From positions 96,001-160,000 of the forward strand of contig CAXXGJ010000006.1 in NCBI GenBank assembly GCA_963677895.2: a DNA stretch of 64,000 bases, in the 5' to 3' direction. Within the stretch, counting starts at the first letter, position 1; each line of letters starts with the position of its first letter. The translations under genes were made by a program, and so were the position numbers. This document shows positions 28,521-39,369 of this stretch, piece after piece. The notes beneath the pieces were generated by a model, which saw only the letters and a program-made list of their open reading frames with translations, was not told the DNA's origin and ran no database searches. The stretch comes from Treponemataceae bacterium. Its GTDB lineage: Bacteria > Spirochaetota > Spirochaetia > Treponematales > Rectinemataceae.

Positions 28521-30187
28521 TTAAAAATGGAGGCCGAGGCCGAGCCAGCCTTCGATTTTGCCCGCGTCGTAGCTTCCGGTTTGTATGAAATCGAGGAGGT
28601 CGTAGCCGAGCGACAGCCTGTATATGAAGGACCGCGCGTAGCGAGGGAAGACCGCCAGCTCGAAGCCGGCGCAGAGGATGCCGTCGCTTTGGAGGTCGAT
28701 TGCCTTGGTTGGATCGGCTCGGAGTATTCCCGCGTCGACGAAGGGAGTCGCGAGGACTTCGGCTTCCAGCTTGGACCAGGTGAAGAATTGGCCCTGCGCG
28801 AAGTTCAGGGGAAACTCGAGGTTGGCGATAAGGGCCAGGTCGCCGTAGCTCGCCGCCGAGATGCCTCGCACGTAGGTGCCCCAATCCACGTCGTCGTAGT
28901 TTCTCGTGTTGCCGAACATCGTCCAGCCGGCGTCCCAGCGGCCGCTCAGCCTGAAGTTGACGCCGAAAAGGTTCCTGAAGGCGAAAAAAGCGGTGGAATC
29001 GAGCGTGAGGATGATGTCCTGTTCCTTCGCGGGATCGCTTTCCAGCCAATGGCGCGTATAGCTCGCCGAAAGGTTCGCCGAACTGCCGCGCCTGAAGCTG
29101 CCGATCCAGTCCACGGCCGAGTAGCCTAAGCCCAAGCTGGCGCCCAGGGTGGGGTCGAGGGGAGCGAGACCGGGCAGCTCCATGTCGAAGGAGGCGCTCA
29201 GGCCCGGGTTCAGCGAGAGCGTCGCCCGCGAGGGAAGACCGAGCAGGGGTATGGATCCGGCGAGGGAGAGGTCGTTAGTCAGACTCTGCGCGACGGCGAC
29301 GTTTTTCTGCGCCTGGTACCCGGCCGTGGCCGAAAAGCTCCAGTCCTGGCCGCGGCCGAAGCGTCTGAGCGCCTTCACCGTGGCGTTCAGCGTCGGAAGC
29401 GTGTCGTCGATGTCGTAGACGTAGGATAGTCCGGGACTGATCGTCCATGCCTTGTCGGGTTCGCCCGTCGGGTAGTCAGAGCCGATCGAGACGTTTACGG
29501 CATCGAGGTCGATGTCGGATGGCGCGTCGTAGCGCAGGGAGCCGTCGAAGGACCAGGACCAGGTGTTGCCGAACATGAAGGGATAGACGCCGAAGCTGGC
29601 GCCCAGGATGGTGCGATTCAGCTCGAAGTATTCGTCCAGGTTTATGGTGAGGGCGTTGAGGGTTCCTAGAAAGTTGAAATCCTTGTAACGGAGCGCGAGC
29701 TGGAATCCGTCGTCGACGCTGTATTTGGGAAGGGAACGGCGAGTATCGTCCAGGTGTCCTTGGCCAGCACGACTATCCGGATGTCCGCGGGATCGGCGGG
29801 ATCCTCGGGCTCCGTAGGACCGCCCGGGGCTATCGGCTCGAAGCGTACCGTCGAGGAAAGGTCGAATATCGTATTGCTCCGGAGGAGGCGTTCCTTCGTT
29901 ATGACATAATCTTCGAGTTCGCGGGGAGAGGCGAATTCCTTGCCGACCCGTATGTCCAGATACGCGCGCAGGGCGGACTCCATGGTGTGGCCCTCAATTT
30001 CGTATCGCACGTCGGCGACGCGGAATCGCCCGACTTCGGGCGGCGTAGGCAGGCCGGGCTGGGCGGGTTGAGCCAGCTGGGCCGGCAAAGCTCCCGCCGC
30101 GGCGCTCAGGATGAGGATCAGCAGCGTCAGCTTCCATGTATGTCCAAGGCTATGGGCCTTTTTCAGCATCGTCATTTCCTTATTCAC
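28521..30187 (-). pseudogene. POTRA + beta-barrel outer-membrane-type protein, split by a missing base near 29724-29729
   Basis: Signal peptide, POTRA-like IEGHTMESAL...KDTWTI; adding one base gives PFPKYSVDDGFQLALRYKDFNFLG; ends GLGLHF. Confidence 0.62.
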
Positions 30188-30193
30188 GGGCTT

Positions 30194-31312
30194 TCAGCGC
30201 TGGTCCCGAATGCTGTCGTAGAGCGCGCCATAGCGTTCCACCATCAGCGCGGCCGAATATTCCTTCTGCCATGCCAGGCGCGCCTCCCTGCCCGCTTCTT
30301 CCCTGAACCGGTGGTTGGAGGCGAGGTTGGCGATGGCATCGGCGAAGGCGATCACCTCATTCCTGACGATATAGCCGTACGGCGTCTTGATGATCCGTCC
30401 GGACATCGCGCGTTCCGGGTCCATGGCCGCAAGGCCGAGCAGCTCCGGTATTCCGCCGACGCCGGAAGCCACGACGGAAAGGCCGGCCGAGAAAGCCTCG
30501 AGCAGGGACACGGGCATTCCTTCGTGTTCGGAGGCGAGGAGGAATATATCGGCCAGCCCCAGGTAAGCCGAGGCATTGGGCAGGGCGCCCATCGCGTTGA
30601 AGTTGGGGGGATCCAGCGGCGTTGGAGAGCCGCCGATCCAGAATATCTCGACATATCCTTCCAGCATCCTCGCCGCGGCCCGCAGGATGTCGACGCGTTT
30701 GGGCGGCGCGTCGCGCGCGATGGCCAGGGCGATGGTCATTCCTTTGGAGCGGGCGGCGCACATCGCCTCGGCGATTGGGTTGCCGGGCTTCAGGCTCCCC
30801 GATGATTCCCCGACGCCGTTGGGTATATAGAGCGCCCCGTAGCCGTCCCGGTTCATCGCGTCGCGATCGCGCCGGGATACGGCCACGACAGCCCCGCAGC
30901 GTTTTCTCAAGGCCTTGTCGATATGGAGAAGTTTTCGGTTCGCCGTTTTCAGCTGATCGTAGCCGTGCATCGTGTAAACAATCCTTCGCCGGTCGATTCC
31001 GCCCGCGAGCCTCCCGAGGGCGGCCGCCTTGGAGGTGTGGAGATGAAGGATGTCGGGCTTCCAGGAAGCGCAGAGTCGGGATATTTCGCCCAGGACGCGC
31101 AGATCGCGGGCGGGAGATATGGATCGCCGCAGGTTCGGCAGGGGGATGCGTTCGATCGCGGGATCGAGGTTGGCCCAGGCTTCCCCGTTTCCTTCGGGGC
31201 CGTAGGCTATGGCCACCTTGTGGCCCGCCGATCCGGCGCCCCCGGCGAGGATCGAGGCGATGGTCTGCCCGCCTCCGGGCTCCGATCGGGTTATGAGGTG
31301 AAGTATTCTCAT
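30194..31312 (-). CDS. Glycosyltransferase family 4
   Basis: MRILHLI...GGGQ, HLHTSKA, SEHEGMPVSLLEA. Confidence 0.92.
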   Translation of the reverse strand: MRILHLITRSEPGGGQTIASILAGGAGSAGHKVAIAYGPEGNGEAWANLDPAIERIPLPNLRRSISPARDLRVLGEISRLCASWKPDILHLHTSKAAALGRLAGGIDRRRIVYTMHGYDQLKTANRKLLHIDKALRKRCGAVVAVSRRDRDAMNRDGYGALYIPNGVGESSGSLKPGNPIAEAMCAARSKGMTIALAIARDAPPKRVDILRAAARMLEGYVEIFWIGGSPTPLDPPNFNAMGALPNASAYLGLADIFLLASEHEGMPVSLLEAFSAGLSVVASGVGGIPELLGLAAMDPERAMSGRIIKTPYGYIVRNEVIAFADAIANLASNHRFREEAGREARLAWQKEYSAALMVERYGALYDSIRDQR

Positions 31313-33945
31313 TTTTGGGATTCCTTCAGGCGGCCGTAAAGCTCAGCGTAGGCGCCGACGGTAGCCTCGATGGAGTATCCGGCCGCGCGCGCCTTCCCCG
31401 CGTCGACGGCGGTCTTTCGGGCATCGGGCTCTTCGAGTTCCAGGATTCGCCGGGCCGCCGCCGTCCACTCGCCCGCGGGAAACAGAAGCCCCGCCCCCGC
31501 CACCAGCGGCCCCAGCCCCGGGACGTCGGCGGCGGCCACGGGCAGCCCCGCGGCCATGGCCTCGAGCGCCGCTATGCCGAAACCTTCCTTGCGCGACGTC
31601 TGGAGGTAAACCTCGCAGGCGGCGAGAATTTCAGGCACGTCGTTCCTGGATCCCGTGAAGAGGCAGCGCTCTGCGACGCCCAGGGTCTTCGCGAGCCTCT
31701 CCATGCCGGGCTTTTCGTCGCCGTCGCCCACGAGGACGAGGGCGTGATTTTCGGGCAGGCTCGCGAGGGCGCGGATCGCCGTCTCGTGATCCTTGGCCGG
31801 CACGAAGCGCGCGACCATGACGATGCCGCATCGGCCGGCCAGCCAGGCGGCCACGTCGGCGGCGGGAGCGCGCGCCGAGGCGAATCGATCGAGAGGCACG
31901 CCGTTCGGCGCCACGGAAATCCCGCTTCCGCCCAGGCCGAGCCAGTCGCCGAGCGCCTGGGCCACCGAGGGGCTGACGCAGACGATGCTGTCGTAGCGGC
32001 CGTAGCACCATTTTTCGAAACCGCGCAGAAGCGGCATGGCCATGCGCCTGTTTTCGCTCGCGTGTTCCGTGGTGACGAAACGGCGCCCGCGCGCGAAAAC
32101 GCTCGCGACGGCGCACCAGTGAAAGCTCGGTCCGAGATGGGAATGGACGATATCGGGGTCGAAATCGCGGATTTTCTTCATGATACTGAACACTCTTAGG
32201 GGGGAAAAGGCCGGTTTGGCGCGCTTTCCGGCCTTAAGAACGGCAAAGTCCACCCTCACGCCACCCGCCTCGAGTTCCCGGGCGAAGACGCTGGCCCTTC
32301 CATCCAGGGCGAGAACATTGCATTCGATGTCGCGCTCCTGGAGCCGGGGAAGGAGTTCGGCCAGAAGCTTTTCGGCGCCGCCGGCCGCCAGGGAGTTGAT
32401 GACGTGGAGGACCCTGACTGGCTCGCCGGTCGCTACGTCGGACCTCCCGCTAGTCTCGCCGGGCGCCCCGCCGAACCGGCCGCGACCTCGCCTCCCCAGC
32501 TTCGCTTTCAGGAAATCCAGAAGACGATACATGGCGCTGTCTTCCAGGGCGAGGAGAAAGGCGGCATAGACCAGGACGGCTAGGGTGATGGAAACGGCGA
32601 GCCTCGCCAGACCCGGCCGCATGAAAAGGCGGGGAAGCGAGGCGAATCCCGCGCTTCCGACGGCGCCGGCCAGATACCGCAGCGCTGCCCGCAGATCCAC
32701 CAGCGCCCTGAGATCCTTGCCTCCGCAGAGGAAGGCATGGACAAGGAGAACGGTGACCTCCCCGGCAAGCATCCCGACGGCCGCTCCCACATGACCATAG
32801 GGACCGACGAGGAAGGCGAGGACTATGGCCGTGACGACGAGACCGGCACCGAAGGAGAAGAGCATCGCCTTTTCCCGCCGCTTCGGGACGAGAATCTGCA
32901 TCTGCAGGAAATTGGAGACGGTCACCACGGGAATGATGAAAGCCGCTATCCTCAATGAGTCGGCAACGCCCAGGAACCTGGAGCCGGCGAAGACATAGCC
33001 CAGGTCGGCGGCCACGGCGCAGATCCCGAAGCCCGCGGGAAGGGAAAACATGAGGCTATACGAGGAGGAGTGGCCGATGAGCCTCCCGAATTCCTCGGGA
33101 TCGCTGTCGACGAGGGAGGAAAGTCTCGGCATGAGCACGGCGCTCAGCGTCGTGGCGAGAGCTATCACCATCCTCACGAGACGGATCGATATGGAATACA
33201 GGCCGGCGTCCCGGCCGCTCGAGAAAAGGCCGAGAAAGAGGAGATCGAGATTCGTGTAGGCGACGATGGCGAACTGGAAAAGCGAGAATACCGCCATGGA
33301 GGCGAAGTGCCGCGAAGGATGAGCCCCGGCGAAGAGGGGCGAAGCGATCTTCCGGGCAGCCCTCAGATTGATGAAGGCGTTCGTCACCGAGGCCAGGGAA
33401 AAAAGGAGAGCGTACACGATATAGTCTTCCTGCCGCCTGACGAAAAGGAAAAGCGAGACGACAAAGACGATTTTTATCGCCAGATTTCTCAACCCTATGA
33501 ACCTGAAACGCTCCATCCCCTGGAAGAACCACTCGATGTTCATGGCGGCCGAGGGAATCGTTATGCCGAAGACGAGGAAGAGAAGCAGTTCGGACCTGTA
33601 GGCCGGGACAAGAAGGACGATCAAGACATAGAACAGGGAGGATAAAATGGCCGCGTACAAGCCGAGCAGTATGAGTTCGCCGGAAGTCCGCCCGAGACCG
33701 AGCGGATCCGCTTTCGTCCTGGCGATGGCTCTCACGCCATAAACAGGTAAGCCCAGCAGGGCCGCCACGATGAAGTAGTTGCTGAGCGCGCCCGCGATGC
33801 CGAGCTGGCCCAGCTTTTCGGGACCCAGCACCCTCGCGATATAGGGATAAGTGAGGATGGGCACGAATACGTTGAGAAACCCCGACAGGCTGGCGAAGAG
33901 GAAGTTGCCGGGAACCGAGGGCGCGGCCGCCGTCCCTTCCCTCAT
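31309..33945 (-). CDS. Wzx flippase fused to a family 4 glycosyltransferase
   Basis: N-terminal YIARVLGP, WFFQGME and many TMs; C-terminal VLHVINSLAAGGAE...EGFGIAALEAMA. Confidence 0.82.
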   Translation of the reverse strand: MREGTAAAPSVPGNFLFASLSGFLNVFVPILTYPYIARVLGPEKLGQLGIAGALSNYFIVAALLGLPVYGVRAIARTKADPLGLGRTSGELILLGLYAAILSSLFYVLIVLLVPAYRSELLLFLVFGITIPSAAMNIEWFFQGMERFRFIGLRNLAIKIVFVVSLFLFVRRQEDYIVYALLFSLASVTNAFINLRAARKIASPLFAGAHPSRHFASMAVFSLFQFAIVAYTNLDLLFLGLFSSGRDAGLYSISIRLVRMVIALATTLSAVLMPRLSSLVDSDPEEFGRLIGHSSSYSLMFSLPAGFGICAVAADLGYVFAGSRFLGVADSLRIAAFIIPVVTVSNFLQMQILVPKRREKAMLFSFGAGLVVTAIVLAFLVGPYGHVGAAVGMLAGEVTVLLVHAFLCGGKDLRALVDLRAALRYLAGAVGSAGFASLPRLFMRPGLARLAVSITLAVLVYAAFLLALEDSAMYRLLDFLKAKLGRRGRGRFGGAPGETSGRSDVATGEPVRVLHVINSLAAGGAEKLLAELLPRLQERDIECNVLALDGRASVFARELEAGGVRVDFAVLKAGKRAKPAFSPLRVFSIMKKIRDFDPDIVHSHLGPSFHWCAVASVFARGRRFVTTEHASENRRMAMPLLRGFEKWCYGRYDSIVCVSPSVAQALGDWLGLGGSGISVAPNGVPLDRFASARAPAADVAAWLAGRCGIVMVARFVPAKDHETAIRALASLPENHALVLVGDGDEKPGMERLAKTLGVAERCLFTGSRNDVPEILAACEVYLQTSRKEGFGIAALEAMAAGLPVAAADVPGLGPLVAGAGLLFPAGEWTAAARRILELEEPDARKTAVDAGKARAAGYSIEATVGAYAELYGRLKESQK

Positions 33946-34793
33946 GACTGGCTCTCGGAGAGCGCGGCCGCGCGGCCGGCGATCCAGCCCTGCACCGCCC
34001 TCACCCTTTTTTCAACCGCCGAATACACGTCCACGAAAGCGTACACGGCCTTGGAGGGATTCCCCAGGCATATGCCGTTCACCAGAAGGCCTTCCTTCAC
34101 GGGCAGGAGGAGAAAGCGCATCTCGAGCTCCCTCTTTCCGAAGGCATTGAAAAGGGCTATGCCCAGGGGTTTTTCGTTGGTGAGCGACACGAGGAGGGCC
34201 TCGTTCCTGCGTTCCATCAGGAGCGAATACCAGGTGGAACCGAAGTTCACGTCCTTGATATGGATGGTCATCGTCATGGAATAAGGCATGGCGGTGAAGG
34301 ACAGGTTGGGCAGCTTCGTCCTCGAGCCCGGCTCGTAGACCCTGTAGACATCGTCGAAAAGCACGGTGATCTTCTTGCGCGTCTCGGAATAGTAGGTGAT
34401 GCCCGACATCGTCCCTATCTTCGACAGTTCATTGACGAGGGCGAGAAGTCCCTCTTCGCTCAATTTCTTCATAGGCACGAGAAAAAGGCTGCCGATGAGA
34501 AGTTCGGGATCCGCCCTGGTCGCGTATTCCTCCAGCTTCCTGGCTTCGGGCGCGTTCACGAGAAAGCGGAAATTCTTGTCGCTCTTCGCGTCCACGACGA
34601 TGCCTCCCCCTTTCAGCACCGCGTCCAGTTCGCTCTGGCTCAGGCCCGGAAGAAAGGCTTTTGTCGGGGAGGCCACGGCGTCGAGGGCGGCGCCCTTAGT
34701 GTCCGAAGCGTAGGAGGATCCCGCGCCGCTAAGCAGTACGAAGGCGGCGAGCAGCGGCGCCCATGGCCGGGAGAGGAATGTCTTAATACGCAC
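33942..34793 (-). CDS. Exported hypothetical protein
   Basis: Signal peptide ending SYA; overlaps both neighbouring genes. Confidence 0.75.
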   Translation of the reverse strand: MRIKTFLSRPWAPLLAAFVLLSGAGSSYASDTKGAALDAVASPTKAFLPGLSQSELDAVLKGGGIVVDAKSDKNFRFLVNAPEARKLEEYATRADPELLIGSLFLVPMKKLSEEGLLALVNELSKIGTMSGITYYSETRKKITVLFDDVYRVYEPGSRTKLPNLSFTAMPYSMTMTIHIKDVNFGSTWYSLLMERRNEALLVSLTNEKPLGIALFNAFGKRELEMRFLLLPVKEGLLVNGICLGNPSKAVYAFVDVYSAVEKRVRAVQGWIAGRAAALSESQS

Positions 34794-36222
34794 CCTTGCC
34801 CTCGAATACCACCGCCACCGTCCTGAAGATGATGTAGAGATCGAGCCAGAAGGACCAGCTCTGGATGTAGGAGCTGTCCAGGGACACCCTTTCGGCGTAA
34901 TCGGTTTCCGAACGGCCCGATATCTGCCAGAGCCCGGACATACCCGGCTTCACGCTGGAAAAGAGTTCATAGTCGTCGCCGTACTTTTCCACTTCCGCCT
35001 CGATGATGGGGCGAGGTCCCACGAGGCTCATGTCTCCCTTGATCACGTTCCACAGCTGAGGAAGCTCGTCGAGACTCGTCTTCCTGAGGATGCGCCCCAA
35101 CCTCGTCACGCGCGGATCATTCTGCAGCTTGAAGCTCGCTTCCCATTCCGCCCTGGCTTCCGGGTCATTTTTGAGGATATCGGCGAGAAGTTTGTCGGCG
35201 TTTTGGTGCATGGTCCTGAACTTGAGGATGCGCATCGGCTTGCCGTAGCGCCCTAGGCGTTTGTGCGCGTAGAAGACGGGGCCTTTCGAGTCGAGGGCGA
35301 CGAAAAGAGCGATAAGGGCGAAGACGGGCAGGAGGAGGAGCCCGCCCGTCATCGCAAGGATCAAATCCGTCACTCTTTTCAGAAGGAGGTTGCTGGGCTT
35401 GAGGAGGTTCTGGTCGCTGTGTATCCCGAGTATTCCGCCTACGTCCCGCACCGACATCCACAGATTCGCGACACCGAAAAAGTCGGGGATGATGGTGATG
35501 TTTCTGAACTGTTTGGAGTGCTTCGCGAGGATGCCGGCGAGTCTGTCCCTCTCGACGCCGGGCATCGCCACGATGGCAGTATCGACGCCCATGGCTTCGC
35601 GGATCATTTCGGCGCTGTCCACTCCGTGATAGAGGGGAAGGTTCCGGTAATGAGGCCCGAGGGAGGGGTCGTCATCGAGGATAGCCATGGGTTTGAGGCC
35701 GATGGAGGGTCTGTCCAGGAGTCTGTCGGCTATCATTCTGCCGGTCCTGCCGCCGCCTATGATGACGACGGGGATGCCCCAGAAAGGCGTGTTGACGAAA
35801 AAGCGTCGTATGAGTCCCCTGACCGTCATGAAGGCCGGCAGGCTCGCGAAAAAGGAGAGGGCGAAGGCGATAGATATGGCCGGGTCGATCTTGTGCTGGA
35901 TGTTCAGGGCGATGAGGATTCCGGCATGGCCGAAAAATGAGGCTATGGCGAATCTCCTCAGCTCGTCGGCATGCGCGTAATTCACTCCCGGATAAAGCTT
36001 AAGGATATGGAGGACGAAGAGGAAAAAAGGCAGATAGGGCCAGTATGAGACGAAGGACTTGAAGTTGATGGCGGTCATGTTCACGGCATTGACGATGAAA
36101 AAGCCCACGCCGAAGCTCGCCAACACGGCGGCCAGGTCTCCGGCCGCGAAATGCAGGGACATCAGGAGCCGATGGGAATTGTAGCCATACCTTGGTGCTG
36201 TCTGCGCGATGTCAAAGGTCAT
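34783..36222 (-). CDS. wbaP: Undecaprenyl-phosphate sugar phosphotransferase (WbaP family)
   Basis: KRVTD, KFRTM, DPRVT, SLDELPQLWNVIKGDMSLVGPRP, KPGMSGLWQ. Confidence 0.9.
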   Translation of the reverse strand: MTFDIAQTAPRYGYNSHRLLMSLHFAAGDLAAVLASFGVGFFIVNAVNMTAINFKSFVSYWPYLPFFLFVLHILKLYPGVNYAHADELRRFAIASFFGHAGILIALNIQHKIDPAISIAFALSFFASLPAFMTVRGLIRRFFVNTPFWGIPVVIIGGGRTGRMIADRLLDRPSIGLKPMAILDDDPSLGPHYRNLPLYHGVDSAEMIREAMGVDTAIVAMPGVERDRLAGILAKHSKQFRNITIIPDFFGVANLWMSVRDVGGILGIHSDQNLLKPSNLLLKRVTDLILAMTGGLLLLPVFALIALFVALDSKGPVFYAHKRLGRYGKPMRILKFRTMHQNADKLLADILKNDPEARAEWEASFKLQNDPRVTRLGRILRKTSLDELPQLWNVIKGDMSLVGPRPIIEAEVEKYGDDYELFSSVKPGMSGLWQISGRSETDYAERVSLDSSYIQSWSFWLDLYIIFRTVAVVFEGKGAY

Positions 36223-36472
36223 GTATCACCCTTGCGGAAATATTTTGTTCTCTTCCAGAGAAACGCGGTTTCGCCCGAAACCGTCTCGAAAAGAGGATAC
36301 CGCGGTACCGAGGCAAAGGTTGCCGACTCAGGCTTTTTTTAAGAAAATATTTGCGAGTTGAAATTCCTTGCTTTTCGGGCGCGGGCTCCCTGAACGGCTT
36401 GGTTTTGACCGGGGGAGTTCTTTCACCTTCATGAAAGCTTCTATATAATGGTTTTCAGCTCAGGAGGCTTTC

Positions 36473-37201
36473 ATGTTCGCGCTCAACATCACGTCCAAAC
36501 GTTATGCGGAATTATCCGGCACAATCGACACCGTCATCATACCCACGGGCAGTTTCGAGGCCCACGGAATGCACTGCCCCCTCGGCACCGATATCCTGAT
36601 TCCGGAACGCATGTGCCGCGACCTCGAAGCTGCATCGGGCGGCGAGTTCTTCATAGCGCCGACGGTCAACTACGGCTATACGCCGACCCTCGCCGGTTTT
36701 CCCGGCACGGTCACCATTCCCGCCGAGACCCTCATTTCCCTTTACGCGGAAATCGGTTCCTGCTTCGTGCGTTGGGGAGCCAAGAATATCGTCTTCATGA
36801 ACGGACACGGCGGCAATATCCCCGCCCTCACCCTCGCCTGCGACAAGATAGCCAAGGCGGGCGGGACGGCGATGGCCATCAGCTGGTGGGCGACGTATTC
36901 GGCCGATATCTTGAAGATCTGCGATACCCAGGGCCACGCCGGCGAGGACGAGACCTCGGCCGTCCTGGCGATCGACGCTTCCCTCGTGGACGATGCTGCC
37001 AGAAGCGTTCATATGAGGAAGGTTTTCTGTACGCCCCTTTCAGGTCCCACGCAGACCGAGGCGCGCTACCCGAATGCCATGAGCGGCGATTCGACGACGG
37101 CCACGCGCGAAAAGGGCGAAAAGCTCTATGCCATGATGCTAGGGAAAAACCTGGACTTCATCGCGAGGCTCCGCGCGGGCGATTTCACCGACCCGATCTA
37201 A
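36473..37201 (+). CDS. Creatininase-family amidohydrolase
   Basis: GSFEAHGMHCPLGTD, NGHGGN, HAGEDETS. Confidence 0.92.
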   Translation: MFALNITSKRYAELSGTIDTVIIPTGSFEAHGMHCPLGTDILIPERMCRDLEAASGGEFFIAPTVNYGYTPTLAGFPGTVTIPAETLISLYAEIGSCFVRWGAKNIVFMNGHGGNIPALTLACDKIAKAGGTAMAISWWATYSADILKICDTQGHAGEDETSAVLAIDASLVDDAARSVHMRKVFCTPLSGPTQTEARYPNAMSGDSTTATREKGEKLYAMMLGKNLDFIARLRAGDFTDPI

Positions 37202-37203
37202 GT

Positions 37204-38238
37204 TCAGCCCACGGCTTGCGAGAAGACCCGCGCGAAGTTTTTCCATGCCACTTTCTCCACATCATCTTGCGACAGGCCTGAGGCCAGGAGGGCGTCGACG
37301 ATGGCTTGGGCATGGGAAGCGTCCTCGAGCCCCTCGACGAGAGGATATTCCTCCCGCGTGTAGAGGTATTCGCAGAAATGGAGGCCAAGGCCGACGTGGT
37401 CGATGCCGGCCGCGCCGATCATGCGCAGGAGGTGCTGGATGTAGCGCTCCAGGCTGTGGTGGGCGCGATCGCTCATCGGGGCGAGGGCGGCCGGGCTCGT
37501 CATGCAGCCAATAAGGCCGCCTTTGTCGGCGATGGCGCGCATCTCCTCGTCGGAGAGGTTGCGGCCGTTGTCGTAGACCGCTTTGGCCGAGGTATGGGAG
37601 AGCATGACGGGCTTCGAGGACGTCGCGAGGATGTCGCGTCTCGTCGCCCTTCCCGCGTGGGATGTGTCTATCAGTATGCCGAGTTCGTTCATGAGGGCGA
37701 CGGCTTCCCTGCCCTTCTCCGTCAGGCCGAGGGCCTGATCGAGGGGCAGCCCCCCGCGGAGGCCGAGAGCGCCGCCGCCGAAGGGGTTGTCGTCGTTGTG
37801 CGTGAGGATGGCGAGCCTCAAGCCCGCTTCATTATAGAGTCGCGTGATCCAGTCCAGGTCGCCACCCGTGGCGCTCAGGCCTTCGTAGCCGACGATGGCG
37901 GCGAAAGTCCCGCTCGAGAGGGCTCGCCCGATGTCGGCGGCGGTTTTGACCTGGAGCAGGTTCTTCCCGGCGGCCCGCAGTTCTTCGTTGACATAGGCTA
38001 TGAAATGTTCGAGATGGGCCGGTTCCGCGCTTTCACCCGCCATCCTGCAGTCGGTGAGGACGGCGCCGAATATTCCGCCCGAGCGGATGCGCGCGAGATG
38101 CCGCATCTCCAGCTCTGCATAATCGCCCAACGTCTCGCCAGTGTTCAACGCGTTGTGCGATTCCGTAGCGTTGCGCGTTTCATGTCGCCTGACGAGATCC
38201 ATGAAAACGTCGGCGTGCAAGTCGAATATCGGCACCAT
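37204..38238 (-). CDS. Membrane-dipeptidase family (M19) peptidase
   Basis: DLHAD, YEG, LTHN, IDTSH, SHT, RNLSD, HVGLG. Confidence 0.88.
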   Translation of the reverse strand: MVPIFDLHADVFMDLVRRHETRNATESHNALNTGETLGDYAELEMRHLARIRSGGIFGAVLTDCRMAGESAEPAHLEHFIAYVNEELRAAGKNLLQVKTAADIGRALSSGTFAAIVGYEGLSATGGDLDWITRLYNEAGLRLAILTHNDDNPFGGGALGLRGGLPLDQALGLTEKGREAVALMNELGILIDTSHAGRATRRDILATSSKPVMLSHTSAKAVYDNGRNLSDEEMRAIADKGGLIGCMTSPAALAPMSDRAHHSLERYIQHLLRMIGAAGIDHVGLGLHFCEYLYTREEYPLVEGLEDASHAQAIVDALLASGLSQDDVEKVAWKNFARVFSQAVG

Positions 38239-38260
38239 CCATCGCCCCCGCAATGTCAGC

Positions 38261-39355
38261 TCAGCGGCTGTAGCTCATTATCTCGCGCTCGAAGGTTTCC
38301 CGGTTCAGCGACCTGAGGAAGGCCAGGGAGAATTCCTTGGCGGCGGCGTAGTCCCTGTAGTCCATGATGCTCGAGTTGGTATGGATGTAGCGCGAGGGAA
38401 CGCCCACGGTCATCGAGGGGCAGCCGGATCTCGCCATGTGGATTTCGCCCGAGTCGGTGCCGCCCAGGGCCATGAAGTACTGGAAGGGTATGTTCTTCTT
38501 TTCGGCGAGTCTGGTTCCGTACATGAAAAGGCCTCGGTGCGTGATGGCCGTCCTGTCGATGTAGCGCAGCAGGACCCCCTTGCCCTGCTGGCCCAGTTCC
38601 TCCGGGTCGCCCATGTTGTCGTTGGCGGCCGAGGATTCGAAGACGATGGAGACTTCGGGTTCGACGGTGAAGGCGGCCGTCCTGGCGCCGCGAAGGCCTG
38701 ACTCTTCCTGGACGGTGGCGCCGATGTAGAGGTCGACGTCGAGCTCCTCGTTGGCTACTTCCTCGAGGACGTCGAGGGCGAGGGCGCAGCCGAAACGGTT
38801 GTCCCAGGCTTTGGACAGGAGCTTCTTTCCGCCGAAGAGGGGAACGAAGGGGCCGTCCACGATAATCATGTCGCCGGGCCTGATTCCGGCGGCCAGCACG
38901 TCTTCGCGGGATTCGGCGCCGATATCGATGAGCATCTGGTCGATGGAGAGAAGGCGCTTGGAGCTGTCCTCGGGAAGAAGGTGGGGCGGTATCGAAGCCA
39001 CGGCGCCCTGGTAGCCCTGGCCGGTGATGCTCGAGTAGACCGTGACGCGTTGAGCCATGATCACGTGCTCCCAGGTCCTGCCTATCGGGAAGAACTTGAT
39101 GAGCCCTTTGGGCGTTATCTGTTTGACGATGAAGCCGACTTCGTCCATGTGGCCGTTCATCATGACGCGCGGGGCGTTCGGTTTCTTCGAACGTTTGACC
39201 GCGAAGACGGAACCCAGGCCGTCGAAGACGAGTTCGGAGGCGTATTTGGACAGTTCTTTCTTCATGTACTCGCGGACGCGCATTTCGTGGGCAGAGACTC
39301 CGGGAATCTGGGTCAGCGTCCTGAATCTTTCCATTTGTCGTTCGGTAGGTATCAT
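38261..39355 (-). CDS. M42-family aminopeptidase
   Basis: GHMDEVG, KAWDNR, TVQEE, GGTD, RYIH; start at MIPTER. Confidence 0.93.
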   Translation of the reverse strand: MIPTERQMERFRTLTQIPGVSAHEMRVREYMKKELSKYASELVFDGLGSVFAVKRSKKPNAPRVMMNGHMDEVGFIVKQITPKGLIKFFPIGRTWEHVIMAQRVTVYSSITGQGYQGAVASIPPHLLPEDSSKRLLSIDQMLIDIGAESREDVLAAGIRPGDMIIVDGPFVPLFGGKKLLSKAWDNRFGCALALDVLEEVANEELDVDLYIGATVQEESGLRGARTAAFTVEPEVSIVFESSAANDNMGDPEELGQQGKGVLLRYIDRTAITHRGLFMYGTRLAEKKNIPFQYFMALGGTDSGEIHMARSGCPSMTVGVPSRYIHTNSSIMDYRDYAAAKEFSLAFLRSLNRETFEREIMSYSR

Positions 39356-39369
39356 TCTATTCTCCTGAT

